In this document: positions 60,743 to 64,000 of the stretch, piece after piece
Layout: each line of letters starts with the position of its first letter
How positions within the stretch are numbered: position 1 is the first letter of the stretch
From: Nitrosopumilaceae archaeon
GTDB lineage: Archaea; Thermoproteota; Nitrososphaeria; Nitrososphaerales; Nitrosopumilaceae
Assembly: GCA_965208905.1 (NCBI GenBank)
Contig: OZ242365.1
Coordinates: 1,344,001 to 1,408,000, forward strand
DNA: 64,000 bases
Reading direction: 5' to 3'
Made by a program: the position numbers and the translations under genes
The notes under the pieces: generated by a model
What the model was told of the DNA's origin: nothing
What the model saw: only the letters and a program-made list of their open reading frames with translations
Databases searched by the model: none

Positions 60743-61580
60743 AATATACATGATAGGGCTTGTCGTCAGGTATGAGGGCGTAGGATATGGCAGAACCCTT
60801 CAAAAATGCTCCCGTGCAATGATGATCGTAAGTTTGTATAGTAGAAAATCCTTCGTTCTGAGCGCTTGCCATGCCAGTAAAGCCAAGCATTACCAGCATG
60901 CTCACGGCGAATAATGCATACAGAATTTTTGATTGGATTATAAAATTCAAGAATGTATCACCCGCATACATTATAGTTTACACGTATTTGATTATTGTTG
61001 CTAGGAAATTTGCGAATCTGTTATCGGTTACAGAGTCGCAACACTCACAGTTAAATCCAAAGCAGACGATGGTCAGTTACCGTGACTCAATGACAAATTT
61101 TGGCATGGTTACCGTGGTATTTCCTACGGTGTTGGGCGTGATAAACAGGGGGATACGGCGTTGTTCCATCCCGTAGCGTGCATCGCATGGTGGTGAATGA
61201 CGGTATACGAGTTGTTCCGTCCAGAATCTAAGGTCTGGAAATTCTATGTTTGCTACCGTGCGGTTATAACCAGTGACGGTGGGAAATATCACTTTATCAT
61301 ATCAGTATCCGTAGCAACTACTTGGATGGCTACCGTCTCGGCTCCAACCTAGACGGCAATACGTGACGGCAAGGGCGAGAACTGAGTGGGAGAGTTTGAT
61401 TCTCCCACGCAGACTCTAAAAGATCCTTGGTCGTATCCGCCTTTGCTGTCCGTAACCGTTATTTCCATTTCATCTTGTCCATCCGCGATAGGCGTCAATG
61501 TAATGGTGTCTTCAGACATGCTGACAGATACGAATTCAAAGCTGTTACGCACAATCAACTTCAAAAAATGAAACAATTAC
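60743..61580 (-). pseudogene. Fragments of secreted/surface protein genes (Ig/cadherin-like piece; signal-peptide ORF cut by the IS1595)
   Basis: DTITLTPIADGQDEMEITVTDSKGG; ILYALFAVSMLVMLGFTGMASAQ; several broken frames. Confidence 0.45.
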
Positions 61581-61599
61581 AAAAATAGGGCTTTATGGT

Positions 61600-61788
61600 T
61601 TAGTGATCTGCACAGTCAGCCTCTTCAGGCATGGCGTGTCCTTTGTTGTCAAACTTGTTCCATTCTTGCTCAAACCTCTCTCTGTCAAAGGCCACAAAGT
61701 CACTTACCGATGCAAACTCCACTTCCCCATCTTGAATCATGGACTCACAGTGTTCTATGAACTTTTGTACTACTTGTTCTCGACTCAT
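61600..61788 (-). CDS. Small hypothetical protein
   Basis: MSREQVVQKFIEHC..., TATA-like TTTAAA upstream. Confidence 0.5.
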   Translation of the reverse strand: MSREQVVQKFIEHCESMIQDGEVEFASVSDFVAFDRERFEQEWNKFDNKGHAMPEEADCADH

Positions 61789-61834
61789 ATTTTGATATAA
61801 GCCTTGTTCTTTAAATATGTTACACTGTCTTGCA

Positions 61835-63204
61835 GGAGTTGTCAAATCTTAGAGGGATATGACAGCCTGCCGTACGGCAGATGTTGGCGAGTTGCCATCC
61901 AGAGGAGATTCCATGAGATGTTCCTTGTTGGTCAGGCTTTGATGCCCGTCCTTTGGACAGCCTGTACCGGCCATCACGTCACCAACGACACTGGGTATTG
62001 TGAGTGTCGCGAGATGTATCTTCCCTCTCAAGACCATTCCGGCCTTGTTGTACAGTGCGTAAACGGCCTGCGCCCGCTTGCTCCACTGTATGGTACGAAA
62101 AGTGAAAAGGATGTTGAATGCCGCGTTTACATCAGCGTGCATCAGAACGCCGCACTCATGGCACCTGAACCGGCTGCCGTCGCGCCACGTGTTTGTTCTG
62201 CCGCATACACAGCACTGCTGCGATGTGTATTTCGGGTCAATCTCGGCATATTCGGTGTTGTGCTTGAGTGACTGCTGCGCCATGTGGGACCGCGCCTCAC
62301 CGCACTTGGACTGCCGCATCAGACGGTTCTTGTTCTTCTGGCCTGGGCCCTTGGTCGTCATGGTACGGAGGTTCATCCCCTCCATGATGATTTTGTCGCA
62401 TTGCGCGAACAGTTTTTTGGCGAACTTGCGCAGCTTGTCTGTTTGCCGGTTTCCCATCTTGCGGTATATGCTTTGCAGCTGCGCGTGCAGTGTACACCAC
62501 TTGTGGGAGTGAAGTTTGCAATGAGACATCTTCTTTTGAATACGCGCGATGTTTCGTATAGTGTCCTTCTCGCGCAACATCAGCATCTCAATTCTGCCGT
62601 CCGATTTTGCCACCACAAGCGTGTGCTTGCCGCCCATGTCAATTCCCGCATGTACGCCGGTACATACACGGTCCGGGACATGTTCACGTATAGTAACATG
62701 CAGCTCAAACTGTCTTTCCCTGTCCGCATTATTCGTCACATCCACAATTTTGTACGACTGTGATGTGTCGGGCAGGCGTCCTTTCTGGAGTTTGAAGGGC
62801 GCGCCACACTTTGGGAAATACACTGTATTACCCTTGGACTTTTTGCCAAGCGGCATATTACTATACAGTGGGTAAACCTTCTTGCCATACTTTACGTGAG
62901 TGCACCCCTCCATCTTGTGGCCTTCCTTGATGGCTCCGTGAACCCAAGACTGTGGTATGCCCTGGCATATGGTGGCTATTTTGTTGGTGTCAAACACCGA
63001 CAGACCGGCACGGCGCGCCTTTATCCCCGCATTGAGCCACACATGACTCTCCGAATACATAGAGTCAAAGTATCTGGTCAGCTTGGCGGATGTCTTTAAA
63101 CGGTATTGGACAGTCTTTATAATGTACTTTCAATTATCATACTTCATATGTAGTTTACAACTCGGTGCTATTTAAGCGGTATCCCCCTAAGATTTGACAG
63201 TGTC
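61835..63204 (-). mobile_element. Second copy of TIR-tnpB element B (B2, 1370 bp)
   Basis: Same TIR core TGTCAAATCTTAG at both ends, same length as B1; flanks CTTGCA and CTTGTACA form a degenerate TSD. Confidence 0.9.
61849..63147 (-). pseudogene. tnpB: TnpB copy B2 with TGA at codon 6, otherwise open with intact RuvC and zinc finger
   Basis: ATG at 63147 is equivalent to the B1 start; GGA>TGA at 63130-63132; tracked ORF starts at an internal Met (63060). Confidence 0.85.
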
Positions 63205-63276
63205 CTTGTACAATACAAAGAGGAACCGTACATCACAATTTTCATATACTGCAGATATGATGTATAATATATTATC

Positions 63277-63408
63277 ATGAAAGCGCGCTATAACACAAAA
63301 TGTCCTGCATGTGATGATTTAATCCGTGTTGGTCGTGAAATAGTCAAGGATTCACAGGATAGGTGGGTGCACAAACACTGCGCAGATGACACCGAAGATC
63401 TACCCTGA
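63277..63408 (+). CDS. Small zinc-finger protein (43 aa)
   Basis: MKARYNTKCPACDDLIRVG...WVHKHC. Confidence 0.65.
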   Translation: MKARYNTKCPACDDLIRVGREIVKDSQDRWVHKHCADDTEDLP

Positions 63409-63449
63409 TGTAAAATGAGATTTAATTATATGAATTAATCATACATGAT

Positions 63450-63824
63450 ATGAAAGATTCAGAGACCTTTGGAGTGGAGCGTGGTTGGGGAAAGAAGGCA
63501 GTATCTTGGCTTAATGAGCAGTCTGGTGACCGCCTTGAGGCTAGACTATATGGAGAAGTTATATCCACTACAAACTTTGGTGACTTTGAGATGTTCTCGT
63601 GGGTGGGTGATGTACAGGTCGCCCGTAAACTCATACAGAAGGCCAGTAAACGGTTTCGCATAAAGGTGATTGAAGGTGGCTACAAAACAAAAGAGCGCAC
63701 ATATGGTCTTGAAAAGTCAGACTATGCCATGGTACGCCGGGGTGATCGCCTAATAGGCAGCCTGCATTTTACGGCTCCCCACATAGGGGGATTTTGGAAG
63801 TTAAAGGCTGAGGCGCGGCGATGA
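63450..63824 (+). CDS. Hypothetical protein
   Basis: 124-aa ORF with ATGA overlap to the next gene. Confidence 0.6.
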   Translation: MKDSETFGVERGWGKKAVSWLNEQSGDRLEARLYGEVISTTNFGDFEMFSWVGDVQVARKLIQKASKRFRIKVIEGGYKTKERTYGLEKSDYAMVRRGDRLIGSLHFTAPHIGGFWKLKAEARR

Positions 63825-64000
63825 TCAAATCTGTAGGTGTAGTGGGCACTGGTATGTTGGGGGCTGCCATTGCACGACGTTTGGCACAGGCCGGCCACAA
63901 AGTCTTTGTATATAATAGAACATCCCAAAAGGCGTTAGACCTTACTTCTTGCGGCTGTGTATATGCATCTAGCCCAAAAGAGGTTGTCCAGCTATCGGAT
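63821..64000 (+). CDS. NAD(P)-dependent beta-hydroxyacid dehydrogenase family protein, 3'-truncated by window edge
   Basis: VGVVGTGMLGAAIARRL...VYNRT. Confidence 0.8.
   Translation, partial: MIKSVGVVGTGMLGAAIARRLAQAGHKVFVYNRTSQKALDLTSCGCVYASSPKEVVQLSD

Overview
Archaeal genome segment, most likely from an ammonia-oxidising Nitrososphaerota (Nitrosopumilaceae/Cenarchaeum-like) organism. The density of IS elements, pseudogenes, TPR and restriction-modification genes suggests a host-associated (e.g. sponge) lineage; this is inference. Core blocks: cofE, two leuC/leuD-type pairs, rps9-rpl13-rpl18e-rpoD, tfb, argS, EF-2, apgM, thi4, purQ-purL-purF-hom, proteasome beta and tRNA-Ala(UGC). They alternate with mobile DNA. 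The main result is three TnpB (RuvC) genes from two distinct families that are not bounded by IS200/IS605-type ends. Each is the sole ORF of a 1.37-1.48 kb cassette with GG-starting terminal inverted repeats (TIRs) and 8-bp target-site duplications (TSDs): 785-2263 (TSD CCAATTAT), 35633-37002 (TSD CGTGATCA) and 61835-63204 (degenerate TSD). This is the signature of DDE (IS1595/IS6-like) transposition, and the downstream TIR appears folded into the putative omega-RNA. The second result is a 6.4-kb element bounded by 50-bp inverted repeats (24404-30844). It carries a SWIM-DDE transposase, a 6x19-bp repeat, an MTase-HNH fusion and a TA-like pair. An IS110 sits at its right TIR, and that IS110's putative bridge RNA contains a 10-nt copy of the TIR sequence. 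Also present: a haloperoxidase-like cargo between 75-bp direct repeats, an IS3 splitting a host gene, IS481 and IS1595 copies, and a large multicopper oxidase-cupredoxin-propeller fusion. All calls come from reading the sequence; no searches were run.
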